A DNA stretch of 64,000 bases from Trueperaceae bacterium (lineage in GTDB: Bacteria > Deinococcota > Deinococci > Deinococcales > Trueperaceae): contig OZ243913.1 in the NCBI GenBank assembly GCA_965213705.1, positions 2,688,001 through 2,752,000 on the forward strand, in the 5' to 3' direction. Positions 10,805 through 21,140 of the stretch are shown here, piece after piece (positions within the stretch are counted from its first letter, which is position 1; every line of letters begins with the position of its first letter). The translations under genes and the position numbers were made by a program. The notes beneath the pieces were generated by a model. It was given only the letters and a program-made list of their open reading frames with translations, had not been told where the DNA came from and did not search any database.

Positions 10805-11101
10805 ATGGACCATTTTGAAATTTCTCTGCCGCCCGGTACGGACGCCAAAGTTCTCGAGCGCCTCATCGACGAAACTTTGGAGCAAAGCGGTTTGAACGTC
10901 ACGCTGCGCGACACCCTCAAACAGTACTCGGGCTGCGTTCACTGGCACCTCAAACAGGGGCGGCAGTCGGGAACCCTGGAACTGACGCTGTGGCCCCGAG
11001 AACACCGCCTCTGGTTTTCGGTTCACAGAAACCGTACCGCTCCGTGGCTCGAAGAGGAAAGAAAGCGCCTCCACGCCGTTTTACTGGGCCGTTTGACTTG
11101 A
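10805..11101 (+). CDS. Hypothetical protein
   Basis: GAGGGAG RBS, protein-like composition. Confidence 0.55.
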   Translation: MDHFEISLPPGTDAKVLERLIDETLEQSGLNVTLRDTLKQYSGCVHWHLKQGRQSGTLELTLWPREHRLWFSVHRNRTAPWLEEERKRLHAVLLGRLT

Positions 11102-11229
11102 GTCGAACTGCAGTTTTGAGTCGACAAGTTTTTCAAAGTCTCAGCCGAGCCCTCGGCGTGTGGCAAAATGGCTCGAGTATGAGTTGAAAATTCTTTGAAG
11201 CCGTTACAGCATTTTTAGAGGAGAGTTTG

Positions 11230-11685
11230 ATGAAACTAGCCGAAGCCCTGATGGAGCGTGCGGACAGAAACCGCCGACTTCAGGAACTCCGTGAACGAAT
11301 TGTTCGCAACGCTCAGTACCAAGAAGGCGAAACGCCGGCCGAAGACCCGAACGAACTTCTTGAAGAGCACCAAGCTGCTTCTTTGGACTTCGAGCGTTTG
11401 ATTGTTCGCATCAACACCACCAACAACCAAGTGACTTTAGAAGACGGGAGGTCGATGGTCGAGGCACTTGCCCACCGGGACGTTATGAAGTTGAGACACG
11501 CGTTGTACAAGGCGCTCGCAGCCGCAGCCACGCCCCAACAAGACAGGTACAGCAAAAAAGAAATCAAGTTTATAGGTGCGGTCGACGTGAAAGAAATCCA
11601 GCGAGAGGCAGACCGACTCGCTAAAGAATATCGTGAACTCGATGCTCTCATTCAGCAAGCGAACTGGAACAACGACCTTCTTTAA
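11230..11685 (+). CDS. DIP1984-like (so-called septicolysin-like) helical protein
   Basis: 151 aa; 'MKLAEAL..RAD', 'QEGETPAEDP', 'RINTTN', 'RYSKKEIK', 'LDALIQQANW' pattern recalled for the family; GAGGAG RBS. Confidence 0.8.
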   Translation: MKLAEALMERADRNRRLQELRERIVRNAQYQEGETPAEDPNELLEEHQAASLDFERLIVRINTTNNQVTLEDGRSMVEALAHRDVMKLRHALYKALAAAATPQQDRYSKKEIKFIGAVDVKEIQREADRLAKEYRELDALIQQANWNNDLL

Positions 11686-11893
11686 GTCAGGTTTGGTAGC
11701 TTTCAGCAAGAAGCGAACACAACCCGCCAACTGGGTCAAGTTGGATACTGGTTTGAGTGAAGGGCAGCTCCGTGGGTTCGACTCCCAAAGCCACAGCTTA
11801 GCTCAGTACTGTTACAAGCGTAAAGCGTACCGTGTACGGTTACTACCGTGTGTTGATTTTGTTGAAGGTGAGGGTGGGTAAGGGGAACCTGAC
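11686..11893 (+). ncRNA. Candidate structured RNA directly downstream of the DIP1984-like gene
   Basis: Closing stem 11686-94/11885-93, 13-bp stem 11699-711/11857-69 with G-U pairs, internal hairpins, T-loop GGGTTCGACTCCC. Confidence 0.65.
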
Positions 11894-11941
11894 GATAGCG
11901 CTGAAGGAGTACTGAAAAAGCAGTCTCGAGAGGTGAAAAGT

Positions 11942-13837
11942 ATGCCAACCGAACAAGCCGAACATACCGAATTCAAAGCTGAAATCAAACAAGTTTTGGA
12001 CATCCTCATCCACTCGCTTTACACCGAAAAAGAAATTTTCCTGCGCGAACTCGTCTCGAACGCGTCGGACGCGCTGCACCGGCTCAAGCTCGAGAGCCTG
12101 AAAAGCCAGGACATGGTGAGTCCGGGGGCCGAACTGGGGATTTGGCTGGAGGGTGACCCGCAAACCGGCACCCTCACGGTGCGCGACAGCGGCGTCGGCT
12201 TGTCCCAAGAAGAGATGGGGCGCTACCTGGGCACCATCGCGAGTTCGGGGGCGAAACAGTTTATCGAGACGATGAAAAGTCTCAACCAGGGCGACACCAA
12301 AACGACCGCCGACGTCATCGGGCAGTTCGGGGTGGGTTTTTACTCGGTGTTCATGGTCGCCGACGAAGTCACGGTGACCTCACGCTCTTACAAGCCCGAC
12401 GCCGAGGCGGCCTACTGGCGCTCGACGGGCGAGGGTACTTATCAAACGGGTCCGGCCGACAAGGACGAGCGCGGCACGACTGTCACCCTCAAGCTCAAGG
12501 ACGATGCTAAAGAGTTCGCCGAGGCGTACCGGTTGCGGCAAATCGTCAAGGAGCATTCCAACTTCGTCGCGTTTCCCGTCTACCTAAAAGAAAAGGGCGA
12601 ATGGCAGCAAATTAACGAGCGCACCGCGCTGTGGCGCGAATCCCCGCAGGGGGTCGAGGTGGACAAGTACCGGCGCTTTTACCAGGAACTCACCTTCGAC
12701 CCTCGAGAGCCGTTGCGCACGATTCACTTTACGACCGACATGCCGATTCAGTTTTACGCGCTGCTGTTCGTCCCGTCGCGCCGCGACCACAAGCTGTTTA
12801 CCAACGCCGACGACTACGGCCTCAAGCTGTACGCGCGCAAAGTCCTGATTCAAGACGAGTTCAAGGCGTTGCTGCCGCCCTACCTGCGCTTTTTAGAGGG
12901 CGTCGTGGACTCCGAGGACCTGCCGCTGAACGTCTCGCGCGAAACCGTCCAGGCGACGCCGACGGTGGCGCGGATTCGCAAGGTATTGGTTGGGCGCGTC
13001 GCCAGCGACTTGGAGCGCATGGCCGAGCACGAGCCCGAGCAGTTTGAAACGTTTTACAAAGAGTTCGGCACGTTTCTTAAAGAGGGCGTCGCCAGCGACC
13101 CTGGCAGCGCCGAAAGATTCATCGGCCTGCTGCGTTTTCCCTCGACAAAAACTGAGGGCGACGCGTTGACCTCGCTCGAGGCCTACGTTGAACGCGTGAA
13201 GCCCGAGCAGAAAGAAATCTACTACGTGTTGGGCGACGACCTGGCAACCGTGGCGCGGAGTTCTCACCTAGAGTATTTCCGCAAGCACGACCTGGAAGTC
13301 CTCTACCTCACCGACCCCGTCGACAGCTTTATGCTTGTGGGCTTGAACGAGTACGGCGGCAAGGCGCTCAAAAACATCGACGACGCCGACCTGGACCTGC
13401 CCGCAACCGACGAGAAAAAGCTCGAGCTTCCCAAAGACGAACGCTTTATCGCGCTGAGCGCTTTTGTCAAACAAACTTTGGGCGACCGCGTGGAGGCGGT
13501 ACGGGAGAGCAAAGTCCTGACCGACGCCGCGGCGCGGCTGGTCAACCCCCCGAACGCCGGCCCGACCAGCTTTTACCGCGCCCAGCGCATGATGGGCCGC
13601 GACTTCGAGGTGCCGAAGAAAATTCTCGAGCTCAACCCGAAAAGCCCACTCGTCAAGGCTTTGGGCGAACGCTTGAGGGCAAACGACAAAGACCCGCTGT
13701 TGCCGGTCTTAATCGAGCAAGTATACGAGAACGAACTGCTCATGGAAGGCGGCCACCCCAACCCCGCCGAGATGGTTCCGCGCATCCAAAAGCTCATGGC
13801 GGCGGTTGCCGAACCCGACGGACAAGAGCGAAACTGA
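11942..13837 (+). CDS. htpG: Molecular chaperone HtpG (Hsp90)
   Basis: 'KEIFLRELVSNASDA', 'IGQFGVGFYS', 'DSEDLPLNVSRE'. Confidence 0.97.
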   Translation: MPTEQAEHTEFKAEIKQVLDILIHSLYTEKEIFLRELVSNASDALHRLKLESLKSQDMVSPGAELGIWLEGDPQTGTLTVRDSGVGLSQEEMGRYLGTIASSGAKQFIETMKSLNQGDTKTTADVIGQFGVGFYSVFMVADEVTVTSRSYKPDAEAAYWRSTGEGTYQTGPADKDERGTTVTLKLKDDAKEFAEAYRLRQIVKEHSNFVAFPVYLKEKGEWQQINERTALWRESPQGVEVDKYRRFYQELTFDPREPLRTIHFTTDMPIQFYALLFVPSRRDHKLFTNADDYGLKLYARKVLIQDEFKALLPPYLRFLEGVVDSEDLPLNVSRETVQATPTVARIRKVLVGRVASDLERMAEHEPEQFETFYKEFGTFLKEGVASDPGSAERFIGLLRFPSTKTEGDALTSLEAYVERVKPEQKEIYYVLGDDLATVARSSHLEYFRKHDLEVLYLTDPVDSFMLVGLNEYGGKALKNIDDADLDLPATDEKKLELPKDERFIALSAFVKQTLGDRVEAVRESKVLTDAAARLVNPPNAGPTSFYRAQRMMGRDFEVPKKILELNPKSPLVKALGERLRANDKDPLLPVLIEQVYENELLMEGGHPNPAEMVPRIQKLMAAVAEPDGQERN

Positions 13838-13854
13838 ACGCGCCGATTTTTGGC

Positions 13855-13890
13855 AGCGGGTGAGTTCTCGGGTTGAGACCCCACCCGCTC
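13855..13890. terminator. Hairpin terminator downstream of htpG (pairs better on the minus strand)
   Basis: AGCGGGTGAGTTCTC...GAGACCCCACCCGCT inverted repeat. Confidence 0.55.
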
Positions 13891-14226
13891 TCTGCTTAAA
13901 AGGCCGGGCAAGGCCGGGCGACGTCGCGGATGGGGTTGATTAGCTTTGCGGGCCGCCCGGCAGGACCGGTCTTCAAACGGACGACCAAAGACGGCTCCCG
14001 AGCGAGAGTCCCGACGTGGGAACGACGCCGGGACCTCGAGGGTCAGCTCCAGACAGACGCCCTGCGTGACAGCTGAGCGCGCCTAATACGGATGCCGATA
14101 CTACAGCTCGTCAACCCTTGGAAAAGTTGTTCGCTTTCTTATCGAAATCCGTATTTTTTTCTCGCCCTGCTCGCAGTTTATTCCGAGGGAATTAAACGGA
14201 ATGAGTATGAGGTTGGTAGAAGTGGT

Positions 14227-14619
14227 TTAGTAGCGGTCGCGGCCACCCCCGCCACGGCCACCCCCGCCGCCCCGGCCGCCCTGGTCACCACCACGGTCGC
14301 CACCACCACGGCCACCGCCGCCGTAGCCGCCGTTTCTACCGCCGCCAGTTCCGCCGCCACCGCCACCCCGACCGCCCCCGAAGTCACCACGGCCCCGGTC
14401 GCTTACCGGCGCAGCGTTCGTTACCTTAACGTCGGCGGCTTGCAAGCCCTTCTGGCCCTGCTCGGTACGGTACTCGACTTCGTCGCCTTCGTTCAGGTTT
14501 TTAAAACCGCTGCCTTGGATGGCCGAGAAGTGCACGAACACGTCTGCGCCGCCGTCGTCCTGCTGAATGAAACCAAAACCTTTTTCGCCGTTGAACCACT
14601 TTACTTTGCCTGTCGGCAT
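14227..14619 (-). CDS. Cold-shock domain protein with Gly/Arg-rich (RGG) tail
   Basis: '[15 protein letters not shown]', 'DVFVHFSAI' followed by about 55 aa of Gly/Arg-rich sequence. Confidence 0.93.
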   Translation of the reverse strand: MPTGKVKWFNGEKGFGFIQQDDGGADVFVHFSAIQGSGFKNLNEGDEVEYRTEQGQKGLQAADVKVTNAAPVSDRGRGDFGGGRGGGGGGTGGGRNGGYGGGGRGGGDRGGDQGGRGGGGGRGGGGRDRY

Positions 14620-14796
14620 GGTGTCTCCCGGTCTCAGCTTGGAATACCAGAGGTCACGACGTCACCTGTAGAAACGTCGTTGTCTGGGGCTGAGCGTTCA
14701 TACCAGTATAAGGCTTAGACGCTTTTTAGGCTACCGTTTAGGCGTCGACTTTCACCGAACCGCTTGTGTTCAAAAAATGCCGCCTCGCACACGCGC

Positions 14797-15279
14797 CTAC
14801 ACCAAACTGCCGTTGCTCGTTATGAGTTCGACGGCCGGGGGTAGCGAGTCCAGAATTACGGCCAACGAGTCTTTTACACCGTTGGGGCCGCCGGGCAGGT
14901 TGACGATGAGGGTTTGCCGCCGCACCCCGCAGACGCCGCGGAACAGTGCCGAGCGCGGGCTGTTGCGCATCCCGGCCAACCGCATGACTTCGGCCAGACC
15001 GGGCACCTCACGCTCGATAACCTCACGGGTGGCGTCGGGCATGCGCTCTTTTTGGGAGAGGTTCGCGCCGCCGGTCGTCAGCACGAGGTCGGCACCGTCT
15101 TTGTCAGACAGGACGCGCAGTTTGGAGCGGATGAGCGCCTGTTCGTCCGGAATGACTGTAAAGTCCACTTCTACAAAGGGGCCTTTGCGCAGCAGTGAGC
15201 GAATCACCTCGAGCGTGGCGACGACGCGCTCGTCGCCCGCGCCTGCGTCGTTTACAGCTAAAATGACGGTCCTTATCAT
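14797..15279 (-). CDS. Molybdenum cofactor biosynthesis protein, MogA/MoaB family
   Basis: 'DLVLTTGG', 'TLIVNLPGGP' motifs. Confidence 0.85.
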   Translation of the reverse strand: MIRTVILAVNDAGAGDERVVATLEVIRSLLRKGPFVEVDFTVIPDEQALIRSKLRVLSDKDGADLVLTTGGANLSQKERMPDATREVIEREVPGLAEVMRLAGMRNSPRSALFRGVCGVRRQTLIVNLPGGPNGVKDSLAVILDSLPPAVELITSNGSLV

Positions 15280-15520
15280 AAGGTTTACAGTAGTTGAACC
15301 CTTGCTTTTTGTCTTTGCGATGCACCACACCTGAGCCCTGAAAAGAGGCAGGTTATTCGTCGTTCGTCTCGACGGCGGCCTCGAGCCGCAAACGAAAACC
15401 TCCGTCCATCCTATAAAGGCGAGCCGCAAGTCCGACCCGCTCTTGTACTCGGTCACCATCTCGAGTTTTGCGCATCGACGCGTCGGCGCGGTAGGCTAAC
15501 GTGACTTCAAAAGGAGGCAC

Positions 15521-16747
15521 ATGAAAATTCACGAGTACCAGGCCAAACAACTCATGAAGGCGCGCGGCATCGCCGTTCCGAAGGGGCAGGTCGTCACCAC
15601 CGTCGACGAAGCGGTGGCGGCGGTGCGCCCGCTCGTTGAAGAAACGAACAACCCCGTCGTCGTGGTCAAGTCCCAAATCCACGCGGGCGGGCGCGGCAAG
15701 GGCCGCTTTAAGGAACACCCGGACTTGGGCGGCGTTACCGTCGTGACCGAAGGGTTGAAGGGCGGCGTCAAGGCGACCGAGGAGCGCGTGCGCGAACTTG
15801 CCAAAACCATGCTCGGCTCGACCCTGGTGACCGTTCAAACCGGCGACGAGGGCAAACAGGTCAACCGCCTCTACATCGAGCAGGGCATCGACATCGACCG
15901 CGAGATGTACGTGTCCGTCGTGCTCGACCGGGCGCAGGGCCGCAACGTAATGATGGTCTCGACCGAGGGCGGCGTGGAAATCGAAGAGGTCGCCGAGCAC
16001 AGTCCCGAGAAAATCCTGCGTGAGGCCATCGACCCAGGCGTCGGCCTGACGGACTTTCAGGCTCGAGCCCTCGCCTTTGGATTGGGCTTGGAGGGCCAAG
16101 CGTTCAAAAACGGCGTCAAGTTTATGAAAGCTCTCGCCCAGGCCGCCGTCGAACTCGATACCGACCTGGTCGAAATCAACCCGCTCGTGGTGACCAAGAG
16201 CGGCGAGGTGATGGCGCTCGACGGCAAGATGAGCCTCGACAACAACGCCCTCATGCGCCACAAGGACGTCGCCCAGATGCGCGACGAGTCCGAGGAAGAC
16301 CCCGCCGAGGTCGAAGCGGCCAAGTACGGCCTGAGTTTTATTAAATTGGACGGCAGCATCGGCTGCCTCGTGAACGGCGCAGGTTTGGCGATGGCGACGA
16401 TGGACACCATCAAACAGGTCGGCGGCGAGCCCGCCAACTTCTTAGACGTGGGCGGCGGCGCGACCACCGAAAACGTCACGGCGGCGTTTAAGATTATTAC
16501 CAGGGACGAAAACGTGCGCGGCATTTTCATCAACATTTTCGGCGGAATTATGCAGTGCGACACCATCGCCAACGGCGTGGTTGAGGCGGTCGGACAAGTC
16601 GGTTTGCAAGTTCCCCTCGTCGTGCGTCTGGAAGGCACCAACGTCGAACTGGGCCGCAAAATCATCGACGAAGCCGGCATCGACGGCGTGGTGAGCGCCG
16701 ACGACATGCTGAGCGGCGCGCAGAAAATCGTGGAGTTGGCCCAATGA
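15521..16747 (+). CDS. sucC: Succinyl-CoA ligase beta subunit
   Basis: 'MKIHEYQAK', 'HAGGRGKG', '[11 protein letters not shown]', 'NIFGGI'. Confidence 0.97.
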   Translation: MKIHEYQAKQLMKARGIAVPKGQVVTTVDEAVAAVRPLVEETNNPVVVVKSQIHAGGRGKGRFKEHPDLGGVTVVTEGLKGGVKATEERVRELAKTMLGSTLVTVQTGDEGKQVNRLYIEQGIDIDREMYVSVVLDRAQGRNVMMVSTEGGVEIEEVAEHSPEKILREAIDPGVGLTDFQARALAFGLGLEGQAFKNGVKFMKALAQAAVELDTDLVEINPLVVTKSGEVMALDGKMSLDNNALMRHKDVAQMRDESEEDPAEVEAAKYGLSFIKLDGSIGCLVNGAGLAMATMDTIKQVGGEPANFLDVGGGATTENVTAAFKIITRDENVRGIFINIFGGIMQCDTIANGVVEAVGQVGLQVPLVVRLEGTNVELGRKIIDEAGIDGVVSADDMLSGAQKIVELAQ

Positions 16748-17682
16748 GCATCCTCGTAAACAAAGACACCAAAGTCATCGTGCAGGGTTTGGGCGAAGCG
16801 GGCACCTTTCACACCGACAAGGCCATCGCCTACGGCACGAACATGGTCGGCGCGGTGCGCCCCGGCAAGGGCGGGCAGAGCGTCCACTTCGAAGGCGAAA
16901 CCGACCACAGCGGCGTGCCCGGCCGCTCCGACACCTACAGCCTCGAGTTGCCGAGTTTCAACACGGTTAAAGACGCGATGGAGGCTACCGGCGCGAACGC
17001 CTCGGTCATCTACGTGCCGCCCGCCTTCGCCGCCGACGCCATCATGGAAGCGGCCGAGGCCGAAATACCGCTCATCATCACCATCACCGAGGGCATCCCG
17101 ATTATGGACATGGTGAAGGTCAAGGCGTACCTGCAAACGCGTTCGTCCCGCCTTATCGGCCCGAACTGCCCCGGCGTCATCACCCCTCACGAGTGCAAAA
17201 TCGGCATTATGCCCGGTTACATTCACAAAGGCGGCAAAATCGGCGTGGTGAGCCGTTCGGGCACGCTGACCTACGAGGCCGTGTTTCAACTTACCAACAA
17301 CGGCCTCGGCCAGACGACCGCGGTCGGAATAGGCGGCGACCCGGTGAACGGCACGAACTTTATCGACGTGCTCGAGCTGTTCAACGACGACCCCGAAACC
17401 GAGGGCGTGATTATGATAGGTGAAATCGGCGGCAGCGCCGAGGAAGAGGCCGCCGCCTGGATTGCAGCCAACATGACCAAGCCCGTCGCCGCCTTTATCG
17501 CCGGGACGACCGCGCCCCCCGGCAAGCGCATGGGCCACGCGGGCGCGATTATCTCGGGCGGCAAAGGCACCGCCGAAGACAAAATTGCCGCGTTGAAAGA
17601 CGCAAATGTGGTTGTCGCGCCGACGCCGACGGATATGGGTGGGGCAATGGTGGAGGCGATGGAAAAAGCAGGCGTAGCCTGA
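16744..17682 (+). CDS. sucD: Succinyl-CoA ligase alpha subunit
   Basis: 'IGPNCPG', 'SRSGTLTYE', 'MGHAGA'. Confidence 0.97.
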   Translation: MSILVNKDTKVIVQGLGEAGTFHTDKAIAYGTNMVGAVRPGKGGQSVHFEGETDHSGVPGRSDTYSLELPSFNTVKDAMEATGANASVIYVPPAFAADAIMEAAEAEIPLIITITEGIPIMDMVKVKAYLQTRSSRLIGPNCPGVITPHECKIGIMPGYIHKGGKIGVVSRSGTLTYEAVFQLTNNGLGQTTAVGIGGDPVNGTNFIDVLELFNDDPETEGVIMIGEIGGSAEEEAAAWIAANMTKPVAAFIAGTTAPPGKRMGHAGAIISGGKGTAEDKIAALKDANVVVAPTPTDMGGAMVEAMEKAGVA

Positions 17683-17689
17683 TGGGAGA

Positions 17690-17728
17690 GTGCGGCATAA
17701 CCCCATTTCTGAGTTTGTTATGCCGCAC
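17690..17728 (+). terminator. Hairpin after sucD at the left edge of the low-GC island
   Basis: GTGCGGCATAAC...GTTATGCCGCAC 12-bp stem. Confidence 0.55.
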
Positions 17729-18299
17729 TATGCTTGCTTGAAAATCAGTAACTCTTGTTGTATCGAGGTTGGTACTGTGGAAATTAAAGTAGACGAAGTT
17801 ATCAGTTGGATAACAGAAATACTGAGGGCTGAAGTCACAAAGGAGGATGAGACATTTATTTTTACAGTCGAGCGTCGAGGTGAAAAAACAATCGAAGTCC
17901 TAGTGAGTGATAAAGAATTGTCTGAAAAAGTGGAAGCTGTAAACTCAAAAAAGGAAATTGATGAAACTGTACTTTTTGATACCAACAATTACGAAGTTTT
18001 AGTAAAAAACCATTCCTTTAGGTCACCATTCTTTCGTCGTGAAGGCATAAATCAAGAAGATAGTGTAAACAACATCAAGTATCATTTATCTGACGCTAGT
18101 GAAGAATACTTAATTTTTTTCCTTTATAAAGTTGCACAGCTTTTACCCGTTGGTAGAAGTTTACGTACTGTGCGAATACCATTTCAACGTCCAATAGAAC
18201 GGCCTAAAGAAGAACTTTCGATTTTTGAGGTTTTGAGATTCTATTTACCGAGAGTAGAAACTTTACTTGTCAAATCAAATCGCAGGTAGTGGCCCACCA

Positions 18300-18780
18300 T
18301 CAACTGACAGCAGCACGCTCAAGATTGTAGCGGACCAAGAACAGATGCAAGCAAATGAGGTGCATGTGTTCGGACTTGGAGAAGGATAAGGTCTTTCTGA
18401 CAAAGCGCGCTAGGCGTTGGCGGATAGTATTGTTAAAGCGCTCGACGTGTGCTGTAAGCCCTGAGTCTTTACCAACAGCTTGATGCTGTTCATCGGGAAC
18501 GACGGCCTGATAAGCTTCCCAGAAGTCACTAAACACCGTGCCTTGTTTATAAGCATCTGGGATGTTACGCCAAAGTTTTTGACAAGTAGCAATGCCACGT
18601 CCACCTACAACACAAGCGACCACCTGGCGTGTCTGCTTACAAAGCGCTATCCAGGCCCACCGTTTGTTACGTCTACATCGAACAAATGACCACATCTCGT
18701 CGAGTTCGAGTTGCACCGCTTCAGGGTTCTCGGGCGTAACCAGTGTGGCGCTAAGCGGCGGTGTCGTCGCGGCTTTTTTT
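18300..18780 (-). CDS. insB: IS1 InsB DDE transposase domain, expressed by -1 frameshift
   Basis: 'ELDEMWSFV', 'SDFWEAY', 'HVERFNNTIRQRLARFVRKTLSFSK'. Confidence 0.9.
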
Positions 18781-19029
18781 GAGCCATTTCGCTATTGTGG
18801 TGCGGGACACGCCGAATGTTCTGGTCAGCCCACGCATACTAGAGCGCTCCTGATACGACTTCAGTATCTCATCTTTCTTCGCTTCGCTGTACCCTTTAGT
18901 GCTCGCGTTCTCGCGACTGGACTTGCCGCACGCTCGACACAGGTACTTTTGCTTGCCGTTTGGTGCATGACCGTTCTTGACAAGCTCTTCGCTCTCGCAG
19001 TGGCAGCAACGTACAACTTTGGTGACCAT
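18751..19029 (-). CDS. insA: IS1 InsA (zinc ribbon plus HTH)
   Basis: 'CCHCES...KNG...GKQKYLCRACG' and HTH; A7G slippery site at 18773-18780. Confidence 0.9.
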   Translation of the reverse strand: MVTKVVRCCHCESEELVKNGHAPNGKQKYLCRACGKSSRENASTKGYSEAKKDEILKSYQERSSMRGLTRTFGVSRTTIAKWLKKSRDDTAA

Positions 19030-19521
19030 TCCTTAGCTTATCAGTCTTTGCTAAACCACTACCCAAATCGCAGTAGAGTAGAAAGTGAATTTAGAAGTTA
19101 CGCTAACAGTTTTCTTTTTCAGCTTTCATACAATTTGGACATTGCCGTCGTACAACAGAGATTTATTGAGGAGATAGTTCGCTCTAACAGAATATCTCGT
19201 AACAGACGGACAAACGTTGCTGAACTAGAGGCACCTAGGCGTCGTTACATTGCCGATTTAGTTTACCACTATCAAATGGGAGTAGCGTCCGATAATCCCT
19301 CGCTAGAGTATTTGTCCTATTATCATGTTTCGGAACATTTTTTTGAATCTATATTCAACGATGATTTGCTAGAAGAAGTAAAGGATATGATTACCCACCC
19401 AGATTTCTCATATCAACGCAAAGGTGACCTTAGAAAACTGGTGCGTGACGTTACTAAACGAGTTCAACTTAGAAACGAGACTATAGTTTTTAATGAAGTT
19501 GAAGCTCTAAAGCTGACACTA

Positions 19522-20375
19522 GAGCGTGTTATGAACTAGCCGGAAGAGTTAAAAAAGGGGCTAAGCGTTTAAGCATGAGCATAGAGAAAGCTAAGAAATG
19601 CAGCCCAGCAAGGGTTTCAGGCAGTCGTTCATAGTCACGGGCTAAGCGCCTGAGTCGGGATGTCCAGGCAAAGGAACGCTCTACGACCCAGCGTCTGGGT
19701 AGCAAAACGAAGCCTTTCTTAGCTTCTTCGTGTTTAACAACGAAGAGCCGAATGCCTTGGCTTTTAGCCGCCTCGGCTGCGTCGTCACCTGTGTAGCCCT
19801 GGTCTACAAACGCAACCTCGACGGATTCTCCAGTTATGGTTTGAACTTGCTCGGCAAGCGCTTCAACCTGATGGCGTTCTTGTTCGTTTGCAGGTGTAAC
19901 GACAAGGGCTAAGAGTAGACCCAAGGTATCGACTGCCAGATGGACTTTAGAGCCTTTCTTACGCTTGTGTCCGTCATAGCCCGCACGTTCGCCACTCTCA
20001 GGCGTACTTTGTAAGGTGCGTCCATCAAACACCGTCGCTGTTGGGTTTTCTCCTCGTCCTTTCAGCCGTCTCAGCAGGCTTCGTAGGTCGTGGGTCATCT
20101 CCTCGAACACGCCTGCTTTTAACCACCTTTGGCTTTGCTGATATACCGCTTCCCAAGGTGGGAAGTCACCAGGTAAATAGCGCCAAGGTGAGCCTGAGCG
20201 AACCATCCATCTCAAAGCATCAAACACCTCTCGTAGGTCATAACTTCGTTGTGGGGCGTCTTCTCTGATTAAGCTCAAGTACGGTGCTACAAAAGCCCAT
20301 TCTTCATCGCCGACATCACTCGGATAACCTTTCCTTGTCATTCTTTAGTTTAGCGATTGAGTTCATAACACCCTC
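19522..20375 (-). mobile_element. IS5-family insertion sequence, about 854 bp
   Basis: 16-bp IRs GAGCGTGTTATGAACT / AGTTCATAACACCCTC (one mismatch), flanked by TA duplication. Confidence 0.92.
19529..20341 (-). CDS. IS5-family transposase
   Basis: '[10 protein letters not shown]', '[21 protein letters not shown]', '[10 protein letters not shown]...RLARDYE'. Confidence 0.95.
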   Translation of the reverse strand: MTRKGYPSDVGDEEWAFVAPYLSLIREDAPQRSYDLREVFDALRWMVRSGSPWRYLPGDFPPWEAVYQQSQRWLKAGVFEEMTHDLRSLLRRLKGRGENPTATVFDGRTLQSTPESGERAGYDGHKRKKGSKVHLAVDTLGLLLALVVTPANEQERHQVEALAEQVQTITGESVEVAFVDQGYTGDDAAEAAKSQGIRLFVVKHEEAKKGFVLLPRRWVVERSFAWTSRLRRLARDYERLPETLAGLHFLAFSMLMLKRLAPFLTLPASS

Positions 20376-20786
20376 TAAACAAATATGTTGACATAGATGA
20401 ACTACGAACAAAGTTAAATGAGTATGATGACTCTTTAGTTTCTTATTATGGCAGCAGTCCAGTTGGCTTCTCAGAAGGTCCGTTAGTCAACTTGAACGAC
20501 AGTGACCATCAGCGTGTAGTAAGTTCTATAGCCTCTAGAATTTACAAAACCAGAAACGCAATAGTTCATAGCAAAGATGGAGAGAAGGTCAGATATATAC
20601 CTTTTCAACATGATCGTGTCTTGGTTAAAGAGGTTCCCTTGATACGCTTTACTGCAGAACTGATCATTGTCAAAACATCTCGTGTCTTTGGTGGTCCAAC
20701 AGCACTATAGAAAGAATAAAGTGAGTGCAAAAATATCAAGACACACCTTGTAAGAAACGCAGTCCGATACCCTCATGGAACCTCGG

Positions 20787-20828
20787 GCCACACAGCCCCT
20801 TTTTCAGTCCTAAGGCTCGGCTCGAGCC
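20787..20828 (+). repeat. TA-cassette repeat copy 1
   Basis: GCCACACAGCCCCTTTTTCAGTCCTAAGGCTCGGCTCGAGCC. Confidence 0.8.
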
Positions 20829-20885
20829 TGAACCGTCAAACCTCTCCATCACACCTAACAAACGAGCAGTCGCTATACTTTCGGT

Positions 20886-21140
20886 ATGACTGAACAAGGC
20901 ATCCTCGAGATACCTTCAGAAAGCCTGTTGAGCCTCAAACTCATGCCCGACGAGATGGCGCAAGAACTGCGCTTGGCTGCGGCTATGAAGCTGTACGAGT
21001 TGGGTAGATTGTCCACGGGAGCGGCGGCCACACTAGCAGGTATTCCCAAACCTCTGTTCTTGACAAAGTTAGCAGACTACGGCATCGACAGTTTCGACCT
21101 GACGGCTGACAGCTTCGGGCTCGAGACGCGGCTTGCCTAA
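20886..21140 (+). CDS. UPF0175-family antitoxin-like protein
   Basis: 'ELRLAAAMKLYELGRLSTGAAATLAGIPKPLFLTKLADYGI'; TATACT just upstream of the ATG. Confidence 0.8.
   Translation: MTEQGILEIPSESLLSLKLMPDEMAQELRLAAAMKLYELGRLSTGAAATLAGIPKPLFLTKLADYGIDSFDLTADSFGLETRLA

Larger units (their letters stand above)
18285..19063 (-). mobile_element. IS1-family insertion sequence, 779 bp
   Basis: Ends GGTAGTGG/CCACTACC; 9-bp target duplication CAAATCGCA at 18276-84 and 19064-72; insA/insB ORFs. Confidence 0.95.
17777..20710 (+). pseudogene. Low-GC HEPN-motif protein gene (about 429 aa reconstructed) interrupted by IS1 and IS5
   Basis: Joining 17777-18284, 19073-19521 and 20378-20710 gives one open frame (...VKSNR|SRVESEF...LKLTL|NKYVDID...IYKTRNAIVHSK) with an RxxxxH motif. 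Confidence 0.85.

Noticed and set aside
11760..11800. GGGTTCGACTCCC as a tRNA gene
   Set aside because: No acceptor stem, D-arm, anticodon arm or CCA end; it is a T-loop inside a larger structure.
18592..19539. 315-aa ORF in the ORF track
   Set aside because: Chimera of antisense IS1 sequence and the middle fragment of the interrupted HEPN gene.
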